Notes under the pieces: generated by a model
The model's database searches: none
Told to the model about the DNA's origin: nothing
What the model saw: the letters and a program-made list of their open reading frames with translations, nothing else
Position numbers and translations under genes: made by a program
Shown here: piece by piece, positions 18,457 to 26,329 of the stretch
Layout: every line of letters begins with the position of its first letter
How positions within the stretch are numbered: the stretch's first letter is position 1
Virus record (IMG/VR): IMGVR_UViG_3300036831_000090
Span: 1-54,879 of that record
Reading direction: 5' to 3' (one strand)
Length of the DNA: 54,879 nucleotides
Source: a virus
Lineage: Duplodnaviria > Caudoviricetes

Positions 18457-18882
18457 GTGAAAGCTAGGGGACCCGATAACGGAAAGTTTAAGCACGGCCA
18501 CAACGGTGCGTCAGGGAAAAGTCCGACGTATATCTCATGGGACATGATGCTCCACAGGTGCAGCAATCCCAAATACGGTGCGTATAAATTCTACGGCGGG
18601 CGTGGTATTCGAGTCTGCAAACGGTGGAGAGTATTTCATAATTTTCTAGCCGACATGGGTGAAAGGCCAGTGGGGACTAGTTTGGATAGAATTAAGACCA
18701 ATGGGAATTATGAGCGTTCAAATTGCCGATGGGCCACGCCATCTCAGCAGCATAGGAACATGAGAAGTAATATCTGGATCGAGACCGATGGAAAGAGGTT
18801 GATTTTAGCGGACTGGGCCAGATTGCTGCGAGTGAATCGTGAAACACTACGGCACCGGTACAAGGTTGGCCTATGGCCTTAA
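18457..18882 (+). CDS. Free-standing HNH homing endonuclease-like protein
   Basis: YGGRGIRVCKRW..F.NFLADMGERP...SLDRI..NGNY...NCRWAT; GTG start with GAGG. Confidence 0.85.
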   Translation: MKARGPDNGKFKHGHNGASGKSPTYISWDMMLHRCSNPKYGAYKFYGGRGIRVCKRWRVFHNFLADMGERPVGTSLDRIKTNGNYERSNCRWATPSQQHRNMRSNIWIETDGKRLILADWARLLRVNRETLRHRYKVGLWP

Positions 18883-19547
18883 AATGGCAGATTCTAACTC
18901 TTACGATGCCGACGCGAGTGGAATTCCTCGCAGGTCTAAGGAAAATACTAGAACCTCAGTTGAGGGATGGTGTCGAGTGGATTGTGAAGGTGAGTGACCC
19001 ATCCATTTCTCTCGGTGCGAATCGGGAACAGATGCGTCGAGATTCCACGGCTGAATATATAAATTTTTGCGATGATGATGACGAATTGAGTCCGAACTAT
19101 GTGGCCCGTATCCTACCGCTCTTAGATCGAGATTATGTTGGCTTCTGGCTGCAGGCTTTCGAAGACGGCGTACCACTTCCCAAGAGAACGAAACACTCCC
19201 TGACCTGCAATGATTGGTTCGAAGGCGATCAATTTTATGGGCGGGATATTTCACATTTGAACCCCATAAAACGGGAACTTGCAATTCAGGTTCCGATTTA
19301 TGGTGGCTTCGGAGAAGATTCGCGGTGGGCTGGAGACATTCGAAAACTAAAGATCGTACAGACCGAACGGTTCGTCGACGACGTGATGTATTACTACTAC
19401 TCGCGGACCGACAAAACGGATGGAGTGAAACCCGGTAGATTCAGTGCCGGAGTTTGCCCGCACTGCGGTAGTGAGTCGACGGTCGTAGTGGACCGCGAGA
19501 TGGTTTGTAACGCTTGCGCTGCCCGTTCTGAATTTCATATTTCCTAA
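18873..19547 (+). CDS. GT2-like glycosyltransferase with C-terminal zinc ribbon
   Basis: ILTLTMPTR, SLGANR, EYINFCDDDD...YV, GED..W; tail CPHC..CNAC. Confidence 0.8.
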   Translation: MALKWQILTLTMPTRVEFLAGLRKILEPQLRDGVEWIVKVSDPSISLGANREQMRRDSTAEYINFCDDDDELSPNYVARILPLLDRDYVGFWLQAFEDGVPLPKRTKHSLTCNDWFEGDQFYGRDISHLNPIKRELAIQVPIYGGFGEDSRWAGDIRKLKIVQTERFVDDVMYYYYSRTDKTDGVKPGRFSAGVCPHCGSESTVVVDREMVCNACAARSEFHIS

Positions 19548-19555
19548 GAGGGTGA

Positions 19556-20359
19556 ATGAGAATCTGCGTTGTCGGACTCGGGAAAGTGGGCCGTCCGTTA
19601 CTCGAAACCTTGCGCCGCTTCCACGGCCAGGTGGTTGGCTACGACATCAAGCCTTCCGTGTCCGAGGGTTCCGTATCCCAGTGCGTCACCGCTTCCGACT
19701 GCGCCATCTTCATCGTGCAGACGCCATCGAAGGAAGACGGATCGTTTTCGAATGATTATCTTTTGTCGGCGCTTCGCGCCTTTAAGGCCGCGGCCGGCAA
19801 GCAGGGGAAGGACCACTACCTGTTCATCGTTACGAGCACGACCGTCCCGGGATCGTGCGAGGAGTTTTCGAAGATTGTCGGGAAGCGGCTGGTCTACAAC
19901 CCGCTGTTCATCCGGCTGGAGTTCATCGACGAGGATCTTCTGAATCCCAGTTTCCTTTTGTTCGGGGCGTCGAATCCTGATTACGCGATAGAAGCGCTTT
20001 CCATCTACCGGCCGATTACCGCCTGCCCGTCGATCACGATGACATGGACCGAGGCCGAGCTCGCGAAGATCACCTTGAACTGCGCGCTGACCGCTAAAAT
20101 TTCTCTCGCGAATCAGTTGTACCTGGTGGCCGAGCGGATGGGATGCAACCCGAAGAAGATCATGCAGGCAGTCGGCATGGACCCGCGCATCGGTCAAGCC
20201 TACCTGACTCCTGGCTGGCCATTTTCCGGTCCGTGCCTGCCCCGCGATGGACGTATGTTTCAATACGTCGCCGACAAAGCGGGAACCGACGCGCCGCTGG
20301 CCGCCGCCGTCGACGAAATCAACAACCGCATGTATCGGGCGATCGTGAGGAAAAAATGA
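19556..20359 (+). CDS. UDP-glucose/GDP-mannose dehydrogenase family protein (N-terminal and central domains only)
   Basis: VGLGKVG Rossmann, VQTP, STTVPG, YNP, AELAK..N..KISLAN, DPRIG, catalytic GPCLPRD. Confidence 0.88.
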   Translation: MRICVVGLGKVGRPLLETLRRFHGQVVGYDIKPSVSEGSVSQCVTASDCAIFIVQTPSKEDGSFSNDYLLSALRAFKAAAGKQGKDHYLFIVTSTTVPGSCEEFSKIVGKRLVYNPLFIRLEFIDEDLLNPSFLLFGASNPDYAIEALSIYRPITACPSITMTWTEAELAKITLNCALTAKISLANQLYLVAERMGCNPKKIMQAVGMDPRIGQAYLTPGWPFSGPCLPRDGRMFQYVADKAGTDAPLAAAVDEINNRMYRAIVRKK

Positions 20360-20601
20360 GACGCATTATGTTTGTCGCGCTTCTAACGCTGCTTTCCGGA
20401 TGTACCTATGCGAGCCATTCGACGAAAGTTCTGCTCGACGAAGGATATACCGATATTCACATCACTGGCTGGAGACCGTTCTCCTGTGGAGAGGGTGATT
20501 TTTATATGACCGGATTTAGCGCCAAAGGGCCATCGGGACGTCCTGTTACGGGCGTGGTTTGCGAAGGATTGTTCAAAAGCGCAACGGTGCGGCTCGACTG
20601 A
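20356..20601 (+). CDS. Small phage lipoprotein
   Basis: MRRIMFVALLTLLSGC lipobox. Confidence 0.75.
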   Translation: MRRIMFVALLTLLSGCTYASHSTKVLLDEGYTDIHITGWRPFSCGEGDFYMTGFSAKGPSGRPVTGVVCEGLFKSATVRLD

Positions 20602-21347
20602 TGACCAACGACTCGAAAAAGTTCTGGCAAGAGCATCCCTGCGAGGCGTGGCACTCGCGTTCCGAAATCGGAACACGCGAATGGTCCGACGAAATCTCCA
20701 ACTGGCGCTACTTCGTGCAGCCGCACATCCCGCGCTTCGCGGAGTTCGGTAAGTGGCGAGGGAAAAGCGTCTTGGAGATCGGAACAGGGATCGGCACGGA
20801 TGCCTTGCGTTTTGGGGCCGCTGGCGCAAATGTTGTGGCGATTGACTTCTCCGGACATTCGATCGACCTAGCCAAAGGACGGCAGCGCAGATCTCAAATC
20901 GACTTCGAAATGTGGAACAGCGCCGAGGAAGACCTGCCGACCGGAAAATTCGACCTGATCTATTCCTTCGGGGTGCTGCATCATATGCGCGATCCCCTGG
21001 CCTGCCTGAAACTCGCGCGGCAGCGAATCAAGGCCACCGGCGAACTGCGCATCATGCTCTATGCCCGCTGGAGCCTGAAATTCCTCACCGGCCAGCAGCC
21101 GGAAGCCGCCGCGGGATGCCCGATCGTGAAACTCTACAGCGCGCGCACCGCCACGAAGCTACTCGCCGACGCCGGATTCGGAGTCATCGGCATCAAGAAA
21201 ACCCATGTGTTTCCGTGGGATGTGAAAGCCTACCGCGAAGGACAGTTCATTCCCCGCCGACTATACCGCTTCATGCCCGATGGGGTTTTTCACTGGCTGG
21301 AGTCGGTCGCGGGCCACCACCTCTTGATTTCTGCCCGACCGATCTAA
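20601..21347 (+). CDS. Class I SAM-dependent methyltransferase
   Basis: VLEIGTGIGTD, FDLIYSFGVLHH. Confidence 0.9.
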   Translation: MTNDSKKFWQEHPCEAWHSRSEIGTREWSDEISNWRYFVQPHIPRFAEFGKWRGKSVLEIGTGIGTDALRFGAAGANVVAIDFSGHSIDLAKGRQRRSQIDFEMWNSAEEDLPTGKFDLIYSFGVLHHMRDPLACLKLARQRIKATGELRIMLYARWSLKFLTGQQPEAAAGCPIVKLYSARTATKLLADAGFGVIGIKKTHVFPWDVKAYREGQFIPRRLYRFMPDGVFHWLESVAGHHLLISARPI

Positions 21348-21652
21348 AGAAAAGCGCGTCGATCGCGGCAACCCCTAGTCCAAGGACCTGTTAAATCGGT
21401 GATCCTCCAGTATTTTAGGGCTCGAAGAATCGCTTCCTCGTCGCGTTCCACCGAATAGATCGCAACTTGCTCTCCGCGCGTCAGACAAAAGTAATCCTGA
21501 ACTTCGGCCGCGCGTTCAGATTCCTCCGTTAGATCCGGGTTGCATTCGCACACCGTAATTCTACGCGGAAGTGGGATGTGCATAATGGGAGGGGCATCTC
21601 TCCAACTTTTCGTTTCTCCGGCAATCGGCCCGTCAATATAAACCTGAATCAT
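21344..21652 (-). CDS. Hypothetical protein
   Basis: 102 aa, YIDGP..G motif. Confidence 0.55.
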   Translation of the reverse strand: MIQVYIDGPIAGETKSWRDAPPIMHIPLPRRITVCECNPDLTEESERAAEVQDYFCLTRGEQVAIYSVERDEEAILRALKYWRITDLTGPWTRGCRDRRAFL

Positions 21653-21912
21653 TTTCTAGGATCCAGCGTTCCGCACCGCACGCACCGGCCGCGCTCGAAC
21701 TGGTGCCGCTTGCGCCGCTGGCCGTCGACGATGCACTCGCGTTTCATTTTTCGCGTTCCAAAATTTCATTCATCTTTGCCAGTTGGAGCGCAATCTCGAT
21801 GAGGGTAACAGCATTCAACTCACTGAGCGAGTATACCAGTTGGCCGTTATTTCGACCCTTGATTTCCTAATTAAAGGCCAGTTCGGCACGCTCTAATTCT
21901 TCCGGCTTCATA

Positions 21913-22110
21913 TCAGTACCTCTCGTCGGCCTTGCGGTACTTGTCGAAATTGAACTTCCCCGACTTCAGCCCCGGCGCCGTCTCAATCAAATGCCGAAAC
22001 TCCCGGCACGACCGGCACCCGCAATACTGCCATTGCGACTTCGCGGTATGAACCTCGGTCGCGACAAACTCTGCCCGCGCCGGCATCACCGCCATCTGTC
22101 CGCTAAACAT
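21913..22110 (-). CDS. Small protein with CGCRSC motif
   Basis: 65 aa, H....Y.GCRSC. Confidence 0.45.
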   Translation of the reverse strand: MFSGQMAVMPARAEFVATEVHTAKSQWQYCGCRSCREFRHLIETAPGLKSGKFNFDKYRKADERY

Positions 22111-22612
22111 TCTTCGCCGCCTTTATTTTCGGTTGCCCGAAACAGAATCCGCAGTATTGATCCTTGCTTCTTCCGTGGGCGCACGTCGGAATTGATTTCG
22201 AAATACTTCCAGAATCGTCCGCACGAGGCCCGTCTTCGCGTCCGGCACGTACCGCACGATGTCGCCCGACAGCAGCTCTCTTTCGACCACTTCCACGATC
22301 TCCGCTCCCCACCGCTCCGCCGCCGGCACCAACTCCCGCCTCAGCCTCCCCGTCGCGTCCATCCACGGCGGCCGCACCGACACCTCGCCCCACAGACTCT
22401 CCGGACATAGGCTCCCGTCCTCCATCCGCCAGAACCTCCGAACCACGCCGCACATCCGGTACTCGATCGCTTCCATTGCTCTCCCTTGGACTGGGCTCGC
22501 CCAACTTCCACTTCATCCAACCCGCCACACTTTTCCCGTTCGCTTTCGCCGCGGCCTTCCACTTCCCCAACTCCTCTACCCCTACCCGCAGCTTGAACGT
22601 CGTCTGTTCCAT
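22103..22612 (-). CDS. Ribbon-helix-helix (CopG/Arc-like) regulator with disordered middle and C-terminal Cys/His motif
   Basis: MEQTTFKLRVGVEELGKWKAAAKANGKSVAGWM; C-terminal CAHG....CGFC; leaderless start. Confidence 0.65.
   Translation of the reverse strand: MEQTTFKLRVGVEELGKWKAAAKANGKSVAGWMKWKLGEPSPRESNGSDRVPDVRRGSEVLADGGREPMSGESVGRGVGAAAVDGRDGEAEAGVGAGGGAVGSGDRGSGRKRAAVGRHRAVRAGREDGPRADDSGSISKSIPTCAHGRSKDQYCGFCFGQPKIKAAKNV
22123..22476 (-). CDS. Nested out-of-frame hypothetical protein (117 aa)
   Basis: Own RBS AAGGGAG before ATG; globular-looking composition; lies entirely within the RHH ORF. Confidence 0.5.
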   Translation of the reverse strand: MEAIEYRMCGVVRRFWRMEDGSLCPESLWGEVSVRPPWMDATGRLRRELVPAAERWGAEIVEVVERELLSGDIVRYVPDAKTGLVRTILEVFRNQFRRAPTEEARINTADSVSGNRK

Positions 22613-22679
22613 GTGGGTACATCTACCGCAGTGTGGGTACATCGTCAACCGTTTTTTGTGGGTACGAATGTGGGTACAT
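22611..22679 (-). promoter_or_regulatory. Promoter TTGACG-17-TAGATG overlapped by four GTACCCACA direct repeats (putative RHH operators)
   Basis: tgtgggtac at 22612, 22632, 22657, 22669. Confidence 0.7.
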
Positions 22680-22980
22680 TTGGCTTGGGCATGAAATTGG
22701 CCTATCGTGCGCAAACCCTTGGCTAGAGGATTCCCCCGTAGTCGCCGGTGAAGTCCCGGCCCCTCGCGCATTCGCCGATGGGTACCTAGATTTGCGGTGG
22801 TTTACGGGCTCGAACGAGCGCCGCGGGAGCGCTGCCGAACGCCTGCCAATCGTGCGCCGATGTGCTGCCCATCCCGTGCCCATCCAAATGCCCAGCTTGC
22901 TACAGGAATCGACGCGTGTAAACCAGTAGCATTACTATGTAAGTGTATTGTTATGTTGGCGTGGCTGAGAGTGTAAGATT

Positions 22981-23223
22981 CTAACCCTGCAGCATCTTGC
23001 GTTCGAACGCGCGTTGAGCTTTGACCGCTCGGGCTTTCGCGCACGGATCAGTGATTCCACGCGCGCGGTAAGCTGCCTGCGACCTGCGGCCGGAGAGAAT
23101 TGCGAACAGCCGCAAACCAAGCGCGCGCCGTTCTTCAATGGACATGCGCGTGAGTTGTTCTTTGCGTCCAATTCGCATGGCCATCGTACGCTCTGTGACA
23201 GTCTTTTGTGGTTTGCGGTCCAT
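22981..23223 (-). CDS. Basic hypothetical protein (80 aa)
   Basis: MDRKPQKT...; extended -10 TGCTAGGAT 7 nt before ATG. Confidence 0.5.
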   Translation of the reverse strand: MDRKPQKTVTERTMAMRIGRKEQLTRMSIEERRALGLRLFAILSGRRSQAAYRARGITDPCAKARAVKAQRAFERKMLQG

Positions 23224-23387
23224 ACGGAGCATCCTAGCAGGTTCTAGTGTCGAATCAGCAGTCGAAATCGGATGATTGGCGCTTAAATGACAAGGGATTA
23301 GCGTCGAAGTGTCGGGAATCGGGGGCTGTGGTGTCGGATTCTTGCGCCGGGGTGCGCATAAGTCTTTTAGAGGCGTGTTTCTACCGG

Positions 23388-23434
23388 CGTGCCCAACTAT
23401 TCCCTTGACAATTCGTATGCCCAACTAGTAAGAT
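23388..23434 (+). promoter_or_regulatory. Early promoter TTGACA-18-TAAGAT with two GCCCAACTA motifs
   Basis: -35 at 23405-23410, -10 at 23429-23434; motifs at 23391 and 23419. Confidence 0.7.
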
Positions 23435-23477
23435 GCTTGCAGGTTCGGGTAGCTCCTGAGCCTAGAGAGAGGCGAAC

Positions 23478-23675
23478 ATGAATTCCTATTCCAACGACCC
23501 GAGATGGACTGAAGCGCGATTCCCGTCCGTTTGCAGGTGTGGTGTCGCGATTCGCAAGGGCGCGCGTATCTTCTATTTCCCGCTGTCGAAAATGCCGTAT
23601 TGCGAGAAGTGCGGCGCCGAGGAATCCGCGCAGTTTAATGCGTCGCGTTTTGACGAAGAATCGAGCGCGCGATGA
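23478..23675 (+). CDS. Small zinc-finger protein
   Basis: ARF...CRCG..I.KG..I.Y....YCEKC. Confidence 0.65.
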   Translation: MNSYSNDPRWTEARFPSVCRCGVAIRKGARIFYFPLSKMPYCEKCGAEESAQFNASRFDEESSAR

Positions 23676-24364
23676 GTCTATTTGACGGTTTGACGGACGA
23701 TTCTCCGAACCAAGACCTGTTTTCGGAAGAATCGCCTAAATTCGAGTTTCCAAAGCCGTTAGCAGAGAAATATCGGCCGCGCGCCATTTCCGAGTTTATC
23801 GGGCTCGAAAAGGTCAAAAAGGTTATGGCCGCGTTTGCCCAGCGGCCGACACCTAGCGCATGGCTCTTTACCGGGAGCTCCGGAACCGGCAAAACGACAA
23901 TGGCGCAAGCGCTGTGCGAGACGATCGGCGGAGAATTTCATCACATCCCGAGCCAACGTTGCGACGCGCGCACGATTGATGAAACCGTTCGCATGTGTTG
24001 GTACGCGACGCGGACCCCGCACGGTTTCCACGTCGTGCTGGTAGACGAAGCCGACCGTATGACGGACGGCGCGCAGTTGGCGCTTTTGTCGAAGCTCGAT
24101 TCGACCGCGGCGCCCCCAGCAACGATATGGATTTTCACGTCTAACTCCGTCGACGGGCTCGAGAAACGGTTTCTCTCACGTTGCCGGGTGCTCGAGTTTT
24201 CCAATTACGGGATGCGCGAAGAATTGGCGTCGCTCTTGGCAAAAGTATGGCGCGCCGAGGGTAAGCAATCGGACGGACCAGACTTCGCACGTATCGCAAA
24301 AGACTCGACAAACAACGTACGCGATGCTTTGAACCCCTTAGAAGTGGAATTGCTGGGAGTTTAG
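23672..24364 (+). CDS. Clamp-loader-clade AAA+ ATPase (RFC/DnaX/RarA-like), lacking the C-terminal domain
   Basis: AEKYRP, GSSGTGKTT, VVLVDEADRM..AQ.ALL, LSRC arginine finger, NVRDALN. Confidence 0.88.
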   Translation: MSLFDGLTDDSPNQDLFSEESPKFEFPKPLAEKYRPRAISEFIGLEKVKKVMAAFAQRPTPSAWLFTGSSGTGKTTMAQALCETIGGEFHHIPSQRCDARTIDETVRMCWYATRTPHGFHVVLVDEADRMTDGAQLALLSKLDSTAAPPATIWIFTSNSVDGLEKRFLSRCRVLEFSNYGMREELASLLAKVWRAEGKQSDGPDFARIAKDSTNNVRDALNPLEVELLGV

Positions 24365-24410
24365 GTCTACCGGGTTTCGCTCACTTCGAGCGATTCCCGC
24401 TACATCTAAA
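24360..24410 (+). other. Long imperfect hairpin between early genes (RNase III site/attenuator candidate)
   Basis: tttaggt-c-ta-c-cggg-tt-tcgctc[acttc]gagcga-tt-cccg-c-ta-c-atctaaa. Confidence 0.5.
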
Positions 24411-24444
24411 CTCAAAGTGGGTAGCTCCCACGAATGGAGACGAA

Positions 24445-24744
24445 ATGTCGAAACACACACCCGGGCCCTGGCATTTGATCGAGCACGAATCCGAACCTTG
24501 CGAATTGATGGGCGGATCCGTCCATATCGCGGACATCTTCGCAACGGACTTCCCGCAAGCGCAGTTGGACGCGCGCCTAATCGCGGCCGCACCGGAATTG
24601 ATTGAAGCCGTAAAATTCGCGCTTAGAGACGTTCTGAGCCGGCAATATACGTTGTCTGTTCACGACATTGAGCAACTTCTGATCCTGAAGCAACAGGAGA
24701 AACGCTATCGGGAAGCGATCGAGAAAGCCGAGGGCCGCGAATGA
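24445..24744 (+). CDS. Phage hypothetical protein (HTPGPW...ARLIAAAPEL family)
   Basis: KHTPGPW, ARLIAAAPELIEA. Confidence 0.75.
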   Translation: MSKHTPGPWHLIEHESEPCELMGGSVHIADIFATDFPQAQLDARLIAAAPELIEAVKFALRDVLSRQYTLSVHDIEQLLILKQQEKRYREAIEKAEGRE

Positions 24745-24965
24745 GATATCTTGCCAGTATCGCGCTATCGGCTGTTCTCTTGTCGGGATGCGCCGCGCGC
24801 CGGCCGATGGTTGAGAATTTCGATTCGCCGAGCGACGAATACGAAGCCGGCGACGGCGACACACCCACCCAAGCGGAGATCGAGCAAGCGGTACGCGATT
24901 CGATTCACGCGATTTGCGAACGGCATCCGAAAGCCAAAGAGTGCCAGAACGAGGGCCGCGAATGA
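24741..24965 (+). CDS. Small lipoprotein
   Basis: MRYLASIALSAVLLSGC lipobox; flanked by 17-bp direct repeats. Confidence 0.65.
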   Translation: MRYLASIALSAVLLSGCAARRPMVENFDSPSDEYEAGDGDTPTQAEIEQAVRDSIHAICERHPKAKECQNEGRE

Positions 24966-25237
24966 GCCGGCGACAGGAACATCACATTCAACCGATAACC
25001 CCGCTGGCCGTCCTGGTCACAGCGCTGGTGCGCATTCAATTACTGTGCGCGAAGGGCTCGAGCCTCGAAGACATTTGGACGGAGTGCGAACGGGCGATTT
25101 CTGCTGTAAAAACGAGGCACTGAAATGCTCTGGATTGTCGTAATAGTAATCATCATGGCCATCGAAGAACACGCGGGACGGTAACGACGACCGGGAATGT
25201 CGCGCGCCGGTAGCGCCGGCGAAAACGGAGACGAAAC

Positions 25238-25864
25238 ATGGGATACACACACTACTGGTATCGGGAAATGGAAATCGACTCGGCCGCGTTCGCTAACATT
25301 GCGACCGACTTCGGTAAAATCGTGCTGGCATTGGACGATATGGGGGTCAGACTCGCGGACGGTTTTGGCGATAACGTACCGGAAATTACTCCGGAGAATG
25401 TCTGGTTCAACGGGTTGTCGAAGTGCGGACATAGGAAAAATTCGGAAGTGTCGATTCCCTGGCCGTCCGATAAGGCAACGGGCGGTGTCGGCTCGAGCGT
25501 TACGGCGGTATCCGGGCATTGGTTCGCTGGGTCACTACTTGATAAACGGTGCTGCAACGGCGATTGCTCCTATGAAACAATGAATTTTCCGCGGGTCATG
25601 CCGAAGGAAAGATATATGCAGGCTGGCACTGAACCGCGCAACCTCGGCCTGTGGTTTGCGTGCTGCAAGACGGCATACCGGCCGTACGACGTGGCCGTGA
25701 CCGCGTTTCTGATTATCGCGAAGCATCAGTTGCGCACGAAAATTGCCGTCGCGAGCGATGGCGTCGATTGCAACTGGGAAGATGGCCGGCAATTGTGCCA
25801 GCAAATTCTTGATTACGGGGCGCCGTACCACATCGACGCGGAGGGAGACCTGCAGTATGTGTGA
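25238..25864 (+). CDS. Conserved phage hypothetical protein (MGYTHYW...CKT..RPYD family)
   Basis: MGYTHYW, FNG, YET..F, CKTA..PYDVAV, V.SDG. Confidence 0.75.
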   Translation: MGYTHYWYREMEIDSAAFANIATDFGKIVLALDDMGVRLADGFGDNVPEITPENVWFNGLSKCGHRKNSEVSIPWPSDKATGGVGSSVTAVSGHWFAGSLLDKRCCNGDCSYETMNFPRVMPKERYMQAGTEPRNLGLWFACCKTAYRPYDVAVTAFLIIAKHQLRTKIAVASDGVDCNWEDGRQLCQQILDYGAPYHIDAEGDLQYV

Positions 25865-26076
25865 AATCCTCGAGGCCATCGTGCTACTGTACGTCGGCGG
25901 GATCGCGTTTCTGTGGGTTCTCGTCGGCGTGTTCAGTGTGTTTCGTGTTTTCAGTCGAGATTAACAAAGGCTTGCCGGCGGGCAAGATGGTCACCTCGTC
26001 TCCACTCGCCGCTTGACGCTACCGGTCGCTCCGGTTCTGGCCCTGTGCGATAAGCGGGGCCGATTTAACTTAGGCA

Positions 26077-26113
26077 TTGACATGCCCAACTAGCAAATGA
26101 TAGAAGGTGTCGA
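26077..26113 (+). promoter_or_regulatory. Promoter TTGACA-18-TAGAAG with GCCCAACTAG in spacer
   Basis: Perfect -35, shared motif, ATG 7 nt after the weak -10. Confidence 0.5.
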
Positions 26114-26329
26114 ATGACTCCCGATGAAAACTTGGAGCGTCGCGCAAACCCGTATTGCGAGTTCGACGAAGACCCGTTCGCGTGTCCGAACCTGCGCCAG
26201 TGGCTCGCTCCCGAAGACATTCTCGACGGCGGAGAGTATGCGCACCGGCGCTTTGTGGCCAATGTCGAGTTCTGGCTCGTGTTTCTGATCGTCCTGGCCG
26301 TCGCCGCGGCCGCGATTGTGGGGTTGTGA
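26114..26329 (+). CDS. Small membrane-anchored protein
   Basis: 71 aa, hydrophobic C-terminus. Confidence 0.5.
   Translation: MTPDENLERRANPYCEFDEDPFACPNLRQWLAPEDILDGGEYAHRRFVANVEFWLVFLIVLAVAAAAIVGL

Noticed and set aside
12609-21347. DNA hypermodification cluster
   Set aside because: No base-hydroxylating or nucleotide-synthesis enzymes and no phage polymerase were recognised; not excluded, but less supported than protein or surface glycosylation
22611-22679. Mini CRISPR array
   Set aside because: Repeats are only 9-12 bp, irregularly spaced and overlap a promoter; operator sites fit better
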